Origin: Acutalibacteraceae bacterium
Lineage (GTDB): Bacteria > Bacillota > Clostridia > Oscillospirales > Acutalibacteraceae
DNA length: 49,803 nucleotides
NCBI GenBank assembly: GCA_045636565.1
Contig: JAZTXU010000255.1
Coordinates: forward strand, 1-49,803
Reading direction: 5' to 3'
Both the position numbers and the translations under genes were made by a program. This document shows positions 26,831 to 35,726 of the stretch, one piece after another (within the stretch, counting starts at the first letter, position 1; every line of letters starts with the position of its first letter). A model generated the notes under the pieces. The model searched no databases. It was given only the letters and a program-made list of their open reading frames with translations, and had not been told where the DNA came from.

Positions 26831-26952
26831 TATCTATTAGTTTGCTTTGGAGGTTTATTATACAATTTATTGGCTGTCTTATGTTGCCATTGATATTGTA
26901 AATCTATCTAGTGCAAAGATATACAATACTCTTGTCCCCACGTTAAGTATTT

Positions 26953-27231
26953 TTATTTTTGTATGCCTTTCTCGTGTTTTTTTATTTCATTAAAAGAAAA
27001 ATCAAGGCGACAGTTTGCACAGTAAAAATGTCTTGTTCTAAATTCAACATCACCCACAAAAAATGTATCACCTACTGAAAAATCATAATCTTTTGCTTCT
27101 GGAGATTTGGAATTTACAATTTTTTTGGTGTACCGTAATTCTAATCTGTTTCCGCACTTGGGGCAGAAATGTTTTTTCCAATGAACATAGAACGGACTGG
27201 CATCATAAATATATTTTATCGCTTTTCTCAT
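26953..27231 (-). CDS. Small double-CxxC zinc-ribbon protein (92 aa)
   Basis: CPKCGNRLELRY ... YCANCRLDF. Last gene of the immunity-like array. Confidence 0.6.
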   Translation of the reverse strand: MRKAIKYIYDASPFYVHWKKHFCPKCGNRLELRYTKKIVNSKSPEAKDYDFSVGDTFFVGDVEFRTRHFYCANCRLDFSFNEIKKHEKGIQK

Positions 27232-27271
27232 AATTCGCCCTCCTGTTTATTGTGCGGGTTTAAATTGTACT

Positions 27272-28222
27272 TTAAATGCTTTTCTTATAAATACTGAGTT
27301 CTCTAAGATTGTGTCCGCAATATCGCTTAATCATTTTTGTTTCAAATGTTTCATCATATTGTTTCCACGAAACAGCAACAATATTTTCTTGTGAATGAGG
27401 AATAAATTCTTTTTGCGGGTAAGCAGCATTCGCAAAATTCCCTACATAAATCAATTTTTCAGGGATGCTATTTTTCGAAATATTAAGTAATATTGCTCTA
27501 TACTGTGGCAAAAAACCATATTCATCTACTTCATAATTTTTCTTGGCTTTTTCAGCTATATCTTCTCGCGGACGTTTCATATCAATTGGTAAAAAGCGTT
27601 CCTCATATTTTGTGAACCAAGTCTGGACATATTCCAATCGGTTATATTCTTCTATAGTTGACGGAAGAGTGCTGCCGTTAGTTATTTTAACATATATAAT
27701 TGGTATTATGTGTCCAGGATGCCATACGCCCTCGTCAATTTTTTGGATCAAAAAATATCGACCATAGAGGCCTCTTTCTTTTGATAAATCGCTTTCCAGT
27801 TGATACGCAAAGACATCTCCAACTTTCCATTGGCATTTGTATATTTTTTTCTTTGGCTTCTTTTTTGCTGGACAATGAGGTGAAAGAAGTTTTGCTTGTA
27901 AATTATCAAGAGCCTTTTTTCTTTTCACTTTTGTAGATATATCTGTTATTTGATTTGCAGATATATTATTGTCTTTATCAATCCAATAAAGAGCTTTTTC
28001 TTTAACATAAGGTAAAAGTACGCCTAAATCCCATTGTGTTTCAGCCAGCGCCCACCAAAACAACGGTTCTTCATTGATGTCACCCATTATGCTATTATAA
28101 TCTTGTGTTAATTTGTCGGTGATATATTGTGCATTTTTGCCGGCGTTGAACAATTCTTTAAATTCATTTTTAACATCCAGTGATGTATCATTTTGATATA
28201 ATTCAAATCCCCACATTCCCAT
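27272..28222 (-). CDS. DUF4259-like N-terminus protein, putative orphan immunity protein (316 aa)
   Basis: The start MGMWGFELYQNDTSLDV has RBS gaggtgattgaa. The MGxWGxGxxxND pattern is characteristic of DUF4259, a family often found in polymorphic-toxin immunity loci. Confidence 0.5.
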   Translation of the reverse strand: MGMWGFELYQNDTSLDVKNEFKELFNAGKNAQYITDKLTQDYNSIMGDINEEPLFWWALAETQWDLGVLLPYVKEKALYWIDKDNNISANQITDISTKVKRKKALDNLQAKLLSPHCPAKKKPKKKIYKCQWKVGDVFAYQLESDLSKERGLYGRYFLIQKIDEGVWHPGHIIPIIYVKITNGSTLPSTIEEYNRLEYVQTWFTKYEERFLPIDMKRPREDIAEKAKKNYEVDEYGFLPQYRAILLNISKNSIPEKLIYVGNFANAAYPQKEFIPHSQENIVAVSWKQYDETFETKMIKRYCGHNLRELSIYKKSI

Positions 28223-28262
28223 TTCAATCACCTCAAATTAATTCCCTGTCCAATACAAAATT

Positions 28263-28382
28263 TCATTTGACATTTGGTTCCAACCGTAACATACGCTTAC
28301 GAATTACATTGGATTTTATTATTACTACGGCCGTAATCGCAAAAAAAACACAGCCAATAATTATTCTGATAATACCAAACAT
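28263..28382 (-). CDS. Possible 39-aa single-pass membrane peptide
   Basis: RBS ataggagtgtaataaa then ATG. Translation is MFGIIRIIIGCVFFAITAVVIIKSNVIRKRMLRLEPNVK. Fills the gap between two immunity-like genes. Confidence 0.3.
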   Translation of the reverse strand: MFGIIRIIIGCVFFAITAVVIIKSNVIRKRMLRLEPNVK

Positions 28383-28405
28383 TTTATTACACTCCTATTA
28401 ATATT

Positions 28406-28762
28406 TCAACAGTAGTATAGCACGGCCATAAGCTGTTCATATATGTTGGGTGATATAAGATTTTGTAATTTATTTAGTGTTTCTCTAATTTCAACCTTTG
28501 GACATTGTAACGATAACAGCTTAAATGCCTCTATAATTTCATTTTCGGGCAAATTAATGCGAGATAGAGGTACAATTTTAAAGAACTCACCTTTGTTGAT
28601 AATATCATCAATAAGATTATTCTTAATTTCGATGCTCCATTGATACTCTATTTCACCAGAAACTTTCTTTTTTATGTAGTCGTGGTATTCTCCGTTTCGT
28701 TTCATCGTTAGGAAATTACCAAAATTATTAAAATATATTTCTTTTGCTGTCTTATAGTTCAT
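28406..28762 (-). CDS. Putative cognate immunity protein of the Rhs toxin (118 aa, no recognisable family)
   Basis: Starts 13 nt after the toxin stop with RBS aaggag. Same AT-rich composition as the toxin tip. Confidence 0.55.
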   Translation of the reverse strand: MNYKTAKEIYFNNFGNFLTMKRNGEYHDYIKKKVSGEIEYQWSIEIKNNLIDDIINKGEFFKIVPLSRINLPENEIIEAFKLLSLQCPKVEIRETLNKLQNLISPNIYEQLMAVLYYC

Positions 28763-28775
28763 TTACTATCTCCTT

Positions 28776-31700
28776 TTAAAAAATCGGTAACATTGAAATT
28801 CCTTTTGACACTAAATATGCAACTTCTTTCACAAAATAGTACCCTCCCGATATGGCAGGATTATTTGCCAGTGCAAAAGTGCTTCCGGCAGAAATCTGTT
28901 GGTTTAAAAAAGCTTTATTTATATTCCACATACCTTTATCACCAACACCAAACATATCGTGTACTTCCGTCCATCGAGCATCAGTTGTATGAAAATAAGT
29001 TGAACCTCTCGATTGTGCAACAGCTTCATAGGTACCAGATCTACCTAAAACCACCTCGTTTGAACCCACATTAGTGAATTCTTGCGCCATAGTGTTATAC
29101 CAAGAACTCGCGCCCGCTTTTGCTCCTGCAACAGCACCAACAACCGCCCCTACTCCAAATCCAATTGCCGCTCCTTCAATCAGTCCTTCTACTGTTCCCG
29201 TTGTGGCATATCCTATTCCTGCGCCAACAATTGTTCCAGCAGTTGCTCCAATTAGTGCGCCCTTGGCAGCACCGACAGCAACAGCTCCAGCCAAAGTTGC
29301 AGTGCCAACACCACAGGTTAAAACTGTAACTGCTGCTATGCATATTGCAGCTCCTACAACTACACCTATTGTTGCCCATATTGACCAATTTCCAGTTGCA
29401 TCCACTCTGTTAATCGGATTGTTCTTACAATATGCGAAAAGATTGAAACTAATAGGATCTACATCGTTTTCAAAGTAGAAGCCATTGTCCGCGTTAATCC
29501 ATCTACCCACCTCAGGATCATAGTATCTGCTGATGCAGTAGTAGAATCCCGTATCGGTGTCGTAGTAATAGCCCCTGTAGCGCAAGGGGTTAACGGTTCC
29601 CAAGGTGCTTGCCATTGTGCCAGAAATATCATCAGAAGAGTGGTAACCCCAACTATCATAGGAATATTGTACTACTACAGCACCTGAATTGTCAATAATT
29701 GCTATTATGTCGCCTTGTAAATTCAGCACGTAGAAGTATTCGGTTCCGTTATAGCTTACCGAAAGAGGTGCGCCGTTTTCATCATAACGGAAGAAAAGCT
29801 CGTTAGTTATTACACCGTTATTCTCAGTGTATTGGTGAACTATTTTGCCGTTATCATAGGTATAACGGGTAGTGCCTGTGGTATCCTGCTTGGAAAGCCT
29901 TAAACCACCGTCATCATATTTATACTGTATTGAAGCACCATTCTTGGTGGTGGAAATTAGCCTTCTGCCTTCCCACGTCATAGTTCTTCCCATATAATTT
30001 AAGGGATTTCCTATTGCATCGTAGGTTATAGCCTGTCCGTTGTAGGAAGTAAGCAAGTCCTTCCAATTATCGTTAGAATAGCCGTAAGAAATAGTTGCAG
30101 TGGGCGTTCCGAGGCTTGCCGAGGTTGTGTAGGCATACTCACTCTTTGAGAGAATATTTCCACCGGCATCGTAGGTGTAGGTTATCGTTTTACCTATGAA
30201 GCCGTTGTTTTCTCTTATGAGCTGACCCAAAGAATCATACACGTAGCTTGCGGTGCTCGTGCCGTCGCTTATAGAGGTAATATTTCCGTTGTAATCGTAG
30301 GTATAGCTGAAATTCTTAAACTGCGTGCCGAGAATATTGATTTTGAAATTCGAAACTATACCCGATTGGAGCAACGTGCCGTTTACGAGCTTGGTGCGGT
30401 ATTTAAAGAGGTATTCGAGAAGAGTTACAGCATTTTCGCCTGTTTGCTTTATAAGGGTCTTGCCCGAATTTCTTCCCATTGCATCGGCGCTCGAATGGGC
30501 AAGGTAGGTTCTTTTGTTTTCTTCTTCGCCCTCAGTAAATTTCACGGTAACGGTGCCGTCTTCGTTTTCGCCGTCCTCATAGGTGTATTCGGTAACTGCT
30601 TCAGTCGTCTTTGCGCTTGTGCCTGTGCCTATGGTTATAACACGGGTTTGCTTTATAAGGCGGTTTTCGCTGTCGAAGGTCTGGGTAACGCCGTAGCTGT
30701 AGCCCGTTCCCGAAAGCGAGGAAACCTGCATTGCGGCGAGGTCGCCGTCGTAGTTATAATAATAGTTAGTCTTTAAGCTGTTACCGTTATCTATTGTTTC
30801 AATAAGTCTGCCAAGGCTATCGTAGGTGAATTCATAGCGAGCGTCGGTGGCATCATTTACGAAGATGGCGGTAACGCTGTCATTCTCCACGCCGCCTGCG
30901 ACGTTGGTATCTTGGTTTCCGTATTCGTAACGGACGGTGTAACCGTTTCCGTAAACAGCATTATCTAATACGCCGTTATGTAAGATATCCTTATATTCGT
31001 TGGTAACAAGGACGGTGCCGCCAACGGAGACTGTACGGGTTTGGCCGTACTCATTGTAGTCAAAGCCGTATTCAACGCCGTTAAGGCTCGTAATCTTTGA
31101 GAGTCTGCCCGCAAGATCATACTCGTAATTTACCGAGTTATTTCCTGCCGTTACAGAGGTTACGCGGTGGTTGGAATCATAACTGTAGCTTACGGTGTTT
31201 CCTTCGTTATCGGTAGCAGAGGTAAGAAGTCCCGTTGAGAGATCGTAGTTATATGCCGTATGGGATTCCTGAAGCTCGTCGAATACCTTTGTGAGATAGT
31301 TGCCGTTTTCGGTGTATTCGTTTAGGGTTTCGGTATAGTAAACGGTATCGCCCTTGGTGTGAGTTGTGCGGGTGAGTAAGGTGTTTCCGAAAATGTCACG
31401 CGATACGGTTTCGGTATCGGTGGTAACGGAATCGGCTGTAACAGTAACACCCGTGGTATCGCCGTTAGATGAGGTTATATTGATGGTCTGAGTTTTTTCG
31501 GTGCCGTCTGCTTTTTTAACCTTGCGGGTAACGGAGGTTACTTCGCCGTCTTCGTTATAGGTGTAGCTGTAGGTCTCATCGTCGAAGGTAGTCTGCTCGG
31601 AAACGTAGCCTGCTGAGTTGTAGCTATAAATCGTTCCCGCCTTTTCCTTGAATGCCTGAATGCCGTCGAAATAGGCAGTATTGCTGTTGTAGTTATAGCA

Positions 31701-34700
31701 GAGGTAAATATCTATGGAGGTGTAGTTATTCTGTGCGGTTACGGTGCCGTAAACGTATTGCCAATCGTTTACGTAGGAGTTAAATGAAACGTAGCCTGCG
31801 GTTTTATCCGCATCGTTTTCGGCATCGTTGAATACTACGAGGATTCCGAAGCGAAGAGGTGTGTTTTCGGAAACGGGAAGTGAATCTGCTTTTGCCCAGC
31901 CGGAGAAGGTTATTGTGTCACCTGCTTTGCCCGAACCTGAGATAGTCTGGCGGGCAAACTTCTCTGCATTGACCACGCCCACTATTTTGAGGGCGTTTGC
32001 ATCTCTGTAGTCGGAGGTGTTATCCGATACCGATGTGGCCGAAAGCGCGGTGCCTTCCCAATTAGTTATGCCGTTATTGAAGTCGCCGTTTGAGATTATA
32101 TTATCTCTTTGCGAGGCGTTATCTCCGATTGTTACCTGCAGATCGTCAAAATAGGCTACGCCCGGTTTGCCTGTTGCACCGAGATAAAGAGTTAGCGTTT
32201 CGGTGCCCGAAGTGGTTGAATCGTACTCGGCGGTTACTTTTACACGGCTCCATTCACCCGAGGTTGTTATTATCTCGGATTTGGTTACTTCTGTCTCGCT
32301 TGACGGTTTAATGCCTATATAAGCTTTAACATTATTGGTTGCTGTTTTTATCCACGCGGAGAAGGTTATTACGGTTGCCTTATTGGCAGGGACGGTGAGA
32401 TTGTAGGTTGATTCGAGAGTTAATCCGTCGGTAACTCTGCCGATCATAAAGCCGAAGCTTCCGCTGCGACCCGACGAAGTTCGCATTCCAACGTCTGCGA
32501 CACCTGCTACACCGATAAACGGATGAGAACCTTTCTCAAAGCTCGGGTCAGCTAAGAGATTTATCGTCTGGTTTTGTACGCGGGAGGATAAGGTCAGCTT
32601 ATTTATGCTGCCCTCGCCGTATTCTCTGCCGTAATCGTAGAAATAGCCGTTGCCGTTCTCATCGGAGGATGAGATAAGATTTCCTCTTGAATCGAAATTC
32701 ATATAGGAAATATTGCCCTTCGAATCGGTCAACTTTGTTCTGTATGGCTCATAACTAAACTCGATCCATTCGTCTGCTTCGCTTTGTTGATTACCGCTGT
32801 AATAGGTAACGCTCGAAACCTTTTTATTGTCAAAGGTGAAGGTATAACTGTCTCCGGTGTCTTTGTCTTTAAAGGTGTTGTTGCCGTAAAAGACTATTGA
32901 GCTGAAAAAGCTGTATTCGCTGTTACCGTTTGGTCCGGAAGCAGTAAGAGGGCTGTTTGCCACGTTAAAAGTATATGCGGTTTTCGAAATATAGCCTTCC
33001 GTATCATTGGTAATTAGTGTATGATCAGCTACGGTATTACCGAAATAACGTATTTCCGTAAATCTTGGTACAGCACCGCTGATATAGATGAACTTGTATA
33101 TTCTGCCTGCGCCGTCTATTATACAGTCAATAACGTAGCCGGTAGTGTTTTTGTAATGAATCTGTATTTTATTATCCGACGTTGCTGCGTCTGCAAGTGA
33201 ATTTTCGGAGTTTTTATCCGTTATTGCAACAAGTCTGCCCGAAGCGTCGGTATCGAACATATAACGCAATCCCGAGTCGGAATGATAGCAATAATGTGTC
33301 TTGCCGTCATAGGTTACCGTTTCAAAGTATTCACTCGGCCAAGCCTCAGCCTCATACAGTCCACTTTCATTTTCGGTTATTCTTGTGGAATATTTATCCG
33401 GAACGTAAATGCCCTTAGTAACGTCGCCGACCTTATATTGTTGCAGCACGAAATACCGTTTGCTGTGGGTGCCGTCAATATATTCAATATAGTCGTCGCC
33501 ACCTATGGTCTTTAGCGTTATATGCTGGTGGTAATTGGTTTTTACATATTGGCCGATATTATAGGCTATCCAATTTATTCCGCTACCGAAAACCATACTT
33601 ATAGAAACCGGTAAGATATTTCCGTCATAGCCGATGTCGTTTCTTATTATGGTGAGATCTCCGGAATAGGGATTTATATATGCCGTTCCCGCGCTGCCCA
33701 TATCCACGGTATAGCTCGGATTATCCGTAAGTCCGCTTACGTTTCTGTATGCAAAATAGATGCACGGACGGCGGTTTTCGGTTCCGTATTCGGCCGACCT
33801 GAAGGTAGCGTAATTGCCGGATTCCTCGTTGCTGTATTTAAGCATAAAGCCACGGTTATTGTCTTCGGATTCATACCATTTGTTTACAAGGCTTGTAAGG
33901 TCGAAATAGTAATATTCCGGTGCTGTCATTTCACAGCTGTCGATTATCGCCGCTTCGTGCTCCGGTTTATTGTTCCAGTTTACTCTGTTATATGTAAATG
34001 TCGATTTGATATCGTGAAGCTCGGCATATCCGCTGCCGTTATAGTTGGTTCGCCAGATCTTGAGCTCTGCTTTTATAAGCACGTCGCCTGCGGCAAGGGT
34101 GGGCAAATAATCCTGATTGAACTTCATATAGGTTCGGTTAATGCCGCGGCCCTCGCAACCCATTCGTAGGAAGTTCTGATTCCAATAATTTAAGGTGGGA
34201 TAGCCCGAAGCTACGGTAACGTCCTGCATTACGTCGCTTCCGGTTCCGTTGCTTACAGTGGGATCTATAGTTACGGGATATACGCGGTCAACAGAAGAAA
34301 GCCATTCGTATGATGGCGTGTAGGTGAGTATGTATTTGTTTTTCGATGCGGTGGGAGATAACGTTACGGAGATGTCATCGGAGTAATCTCCGTTTGCATC
34401 CTCCATAAAGGGCGCGTAGATCGTAAAGAAAACTTCGCCCGTGATTCTGTCAGAGAAGGTAAGGCTGCCGTCATCGTAAAGAGTGGCGGCCAAGCCGTGA
34501 GTGTTTATCTCATAGGAATAGCCCGTCTCCCTTTCGGGCATTTTGTTAAGTATTATTTCTTCCTTAAGCTCATTGCTCTTGATGGTGTAAGAAATATCTG
34601 TATCCTTGAAGGTATTTTTGTAATTAAGCTTGGAATATATCTTATTGCTTACGTCAGTCTTATCGGTGCTGCGAGATGCTTTATTTGCTATTTTACCCTC

Positions 34701-35186
34701 TGCGGCGGTGGCGTTTATGAGCTTGAAGGTAATTTTTGCGTTATTGTGAGATACCGTTATTTCGGAGCTTCCGTTAATTTGACCCGGTAATTCAACCGAG
34801 AACGGATTATTTTTATTCTTAAGGGTATTAGTTTTTGTATCCGTAATAACAGAGTTATCTATTTCCTTCCAACTACCATCCTCAAGGTAATGCACTGCCT
34901 CGGGGTACATAACGGCAATCATTATTCCTTCTTCGGTGTTGAAATGCTTTACCGATTCCTCACGGAGTGAAATATCCTCATCGGTTATAGTAAGATCTTC
35001 AAAATCTATATTTTCGTAATCAAGATAGGTGTTTACTACGTTTTGCTTTTTTGAAGGATTATTAGCTTTTCCGGCAGTTTCTAAGGTTATTCCGGCTTGC
35101 GCAAAGCCCTGTATTGCAAGCGTCACAAATAAAGTAATACTGATGATTAGTGCGCAGGCTCTCTTAAATGTTTTTCTAAATGTCAT
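28776..35186 (-). CDS. Sec-signal Rhs/YD-repeat polymorphic toxin (2136 aa): DNRLRE-like domain, two CBM4/9-like modules, YD repeats, RHS core, glycine-zipper block, unassigned C-terminal domain
   Basis: The start MTFRKTFKRACALIISITLFVTLAIQGFAQA has RBS aggaggtttatt. Many YxYDxxGN repeats. Core end PLRYRGYYYDTDTGFYYCISRYYDPEVGRWINAD and NPINRVDATGNW. Confidence 0.9.
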   Translation of the reverse strand: MTFRKTFKRACALIISITLFVTLAIQGFAQAGITLETAGKANNPSKKQNVVNTYLDYENIDFEDLTITDEDISLREESVKHFNTEEGIMIAVMYPEAVHYLEDGSWKEIDNSVITDTKTNTLKNKNNPFSVELPGQINGSSEITVSHNNAKITFKLINATAAEGKIANKASRSTDKTDVSNKIYSKLNYKNTFKDTDISYTIKSNELKEEIILNKMPERETGYSYEINTHGLAATLYDDGSLTFSDRITGEVFFTIYAPFMEDANGDYSDDISVTLSPTASKNKYILTYTPSYEWLSSVDRVYPVTIDPTVSNGTGSDVMQDVTVASGYPTLNYWNQNFLRMGCEGRGINRTYMKFNQDYLPTLAAGDVLIKAELKIWRTNYNGSGYAELHDIKSTFTYNRVNWNNKPEHEAAIIDSCEMTAPEYYYFDLTSLVNKWYESEDNNRGFMLKYSNEESGNYATFRSAEYGTENRRPCIYFAYRNVSGLTDNPSYTVDMGSAGTAYINPYSGDLTIIRNDIGYDGNILPVSISMVFGSGINWIAYNIGQYVKTNYHQHITLKTIGGDDYIEYIDGTHSKRYFVLQQYKVGDVTKGIYVPDKYSTRITENESGLYEAEAWPSEYFETVTYDGKTHYCYHSDSGLRYMFDTDASGRLVAITDKNSENSLADAATSDNKIQIHYKNTTGYVIDCIIDGAGRIYKFIYISGAVPRFTEIRYFGNTVADHTLITNDTEGYISKTAYTFNVANSPLTASGPNGNSEYSFFSSIVFYGNNTFKDKDTGDSYTFTFDNKKVSSVTYYSGNQQSEADEWIEFSYEPYRTKLTDSKGNISYMNFDSRGNLISSSDENGNGYFYDYGREYGEGSINKLTLSSRVQNQTINLLADPSFEKGSHPFIGVAGVADVGMRTSSGRSGSFGFMIGRVTDGLTLESTYNLTVPANKATVITFSAWIKTATNNVKAYIGIKPSSETEVTKSEIITTSGEWSRVKVTAEYDSTTSGTETLTLYLGATGKPGVAYFDDLQVTIGDNASQRDNIISNGDFNNGITNWEGTALSATSVSDNTSDYRDANALKIVGVVNAEKFARQTISGSGKAGDTITFSGWAKADSLPVSENTPLRFGILVVFNDAENDADKTAGYVSFNSYVNDWQYVYGTVTAQNNYTSIDIYLCYNYNSNTAYFDGIQAFKEKAGTIYSYNSAGYVSEQTTFDDETYSYTYNEDGEVTSVTRKVKKADGTEKTQTINITSSNGDTTGVTVTADSVTTDTETVSRDIFGNTLLTRTTHTKGDTVYYTETLNEYTENGNYLTKVFDELQESHTAYNYDLSTGLLTSATDNEGNTVSYSYDSNHRVTSVTAGNNSVNYEYDLAGRLSKITSLNGVEYGFDYNEYGQTRTVSVGGTVLVTNEYKDILHNGVLDNAVYGNGYTVRYEYGNQDTNVAGGVENDSVTAIFVNDATDARYEFTYDSLGRLIETIDNGNSLKTNYYYNYDGDLAAMQVSSLSGTGYSYGVTQTFDSENRLIKQTRVITIGTGTSAKTTEAVTEYTYEDGENEDGTVTVKFTEGEEENKRTYLAHSSADAMGRNSGKTLIKQTGENAVTLLEYLFKYRTKLVNGTLLQSGIVSNFKINILGTQFKNFSYTYDYNGNITSISDGTSTASYVYDSLGQLIRENNGFIGKTITYTYDAGGNILSKSEYAYTTSASLGTPTATISYGYSNDNWKDLLTSYNGQAITYDAIGNPLNYMGRTMTWEGRRLISTTKNGASIQYKYDDGGLRLSKQDTTGTTRYTYDNGKIVHQYTENNGVITNELFFRYDENGAPLSVSYNGTEYFYVLNLQGDIIAIIDNSGAVVVQYSYDSWGYHSSDDISGTMASTLGTVNPLRYRGYYYDTDTGFYYCISRYYDPEVGRWINADNGFYFENDVDPISFNLFAYCKNNPINRVDATGNWSIWATIGVVVGAAICIAAVTVLTCGVGTATLAGAVAVGAAKGALIGATAGTIVGAGIGYATTGTVEGLIEGAAIGFGVGAVVGAVAGAKAGASSWYNTMAQEFTNVGSNEVVLGRSGTYEAVAQSRGSTYFHTTDARWTEVHDMFGVGDKGMWNINKAFLNQQISAGSTFALANNPAISGGYYFVKEVAYLVSKGISMLPIF

Positions 35187-35233
35187 AATAAACCTCCTAG
35201 TAATAAAAAATATAACTTTATATTGCCAAACAT

Positions 35234-35262
35234 ATTTTACCATATACTTACAGATATGTCAA
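35234..35262 (-). promoter_or_regulatory. Strong sigma-70 promoter of the Rhs gene
   Basis: Minus strand: TTGACA, 17-nt spacer, TAAAAT, preceded by TGg (extended -10). About 45 nt upstream of the RBS. Confidence 0.65.
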
Positions 35263-35412
35263 ATAAATGATAAAATTCGCAATTAATCTCGGGAGTTTTC
35301 AGCTATATTTTATATTCTGAAACAGTTAAGGTCGCAAGAAAGCACGCATTTTTGAAGGTATAGCTTTTGCGGGCTAATATTATCATAAAGTGCGGTCTTG
35401 TGACTCTGTTTT

Positions 35413-35518
35413 TTGCCAACTTGGCAAGAAATATAAGCCGATATTACCAAAATGGCGATGATATAAACTGATGTTGCCAAAATGGCAACAGAATAAGCCG
35501 ATATTGCCAAAATGGCGA
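35413..35518. promoter_or_regulatory. Array of four TTGCCA-N(1-3)-TGGCAA palindromes at 30-31 bp spacing
   Basis: ttgccaacttggcaa (35413), ttaccaaaatggcga (35444), perfect gttgccaaaatggcaac (35473), ttgccaaaatggcga (35504). The last three lie in three tandem 30-bp units. Confidence 0.7.
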
Positions 35519-35630
35519 TAGATTTTCAAACGCCACAACATTATAATAGATATGAAATATAACCACATCTATCTGAGAGGAGAAAGTGCGAGGTTAAAAT
35601 TACTCAAATGTGATTCCCAAGCCTGTTGAT

Positions 35631-35660
35631 AAAAAAACGGACAGCTTGCGCCGTCCGTTT
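35631..35660 (-). terminator. Rho-independent terminator downstream of the small recombinase unit
   Basis: Stem aaacggac / gtccgttt flanked by A7 on the plus strand (T-run on the minus strand). Confidence 0.7.
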
Positions 35661-35726
35661 TATGAATTTATTCGTCGTCTTCGTCTTTTTTTCTGCCTTT
35701 TCTTATATACAATATTACTGTTTTCA

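Noticed and set aside
29074-29478. Plus-strand 134-aa ORF and nested ORFs opposite the Rhs glycine-zipper region
   Set aside because: They are antisense shadows of a Gly/Ala-rich coding stretch, with no RBS.
35222-35430. Invertible promoter switch for the Rhs gene driven by the adjacent serine recombinase
   Set aside because: Only 7-bp inverted matches (ttgccaa / ttggcaa) flank the promoter segment. That is far shorter than the roughly 26-bp hix/gix-type sites, so there is not enough evidence without read-level inversion data.
35433-35522. Possible mini-CRISPR array
   Set aside because: The three 30-bp units are directly abutting, with no spacers. The core is a protein-operator-like palindrome, and there are no cas genes in the window.
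35310-35568. Two minus-strand ORFs translating the 30-bp tandem units (repetitive HFGNIGLY-type peptides)
   Set aside because: They have no RBS and lie upstream of the mapped Rhs promoter. The periodicity is better explained by DNA palindromes, so they are treated as regulatory DNA.
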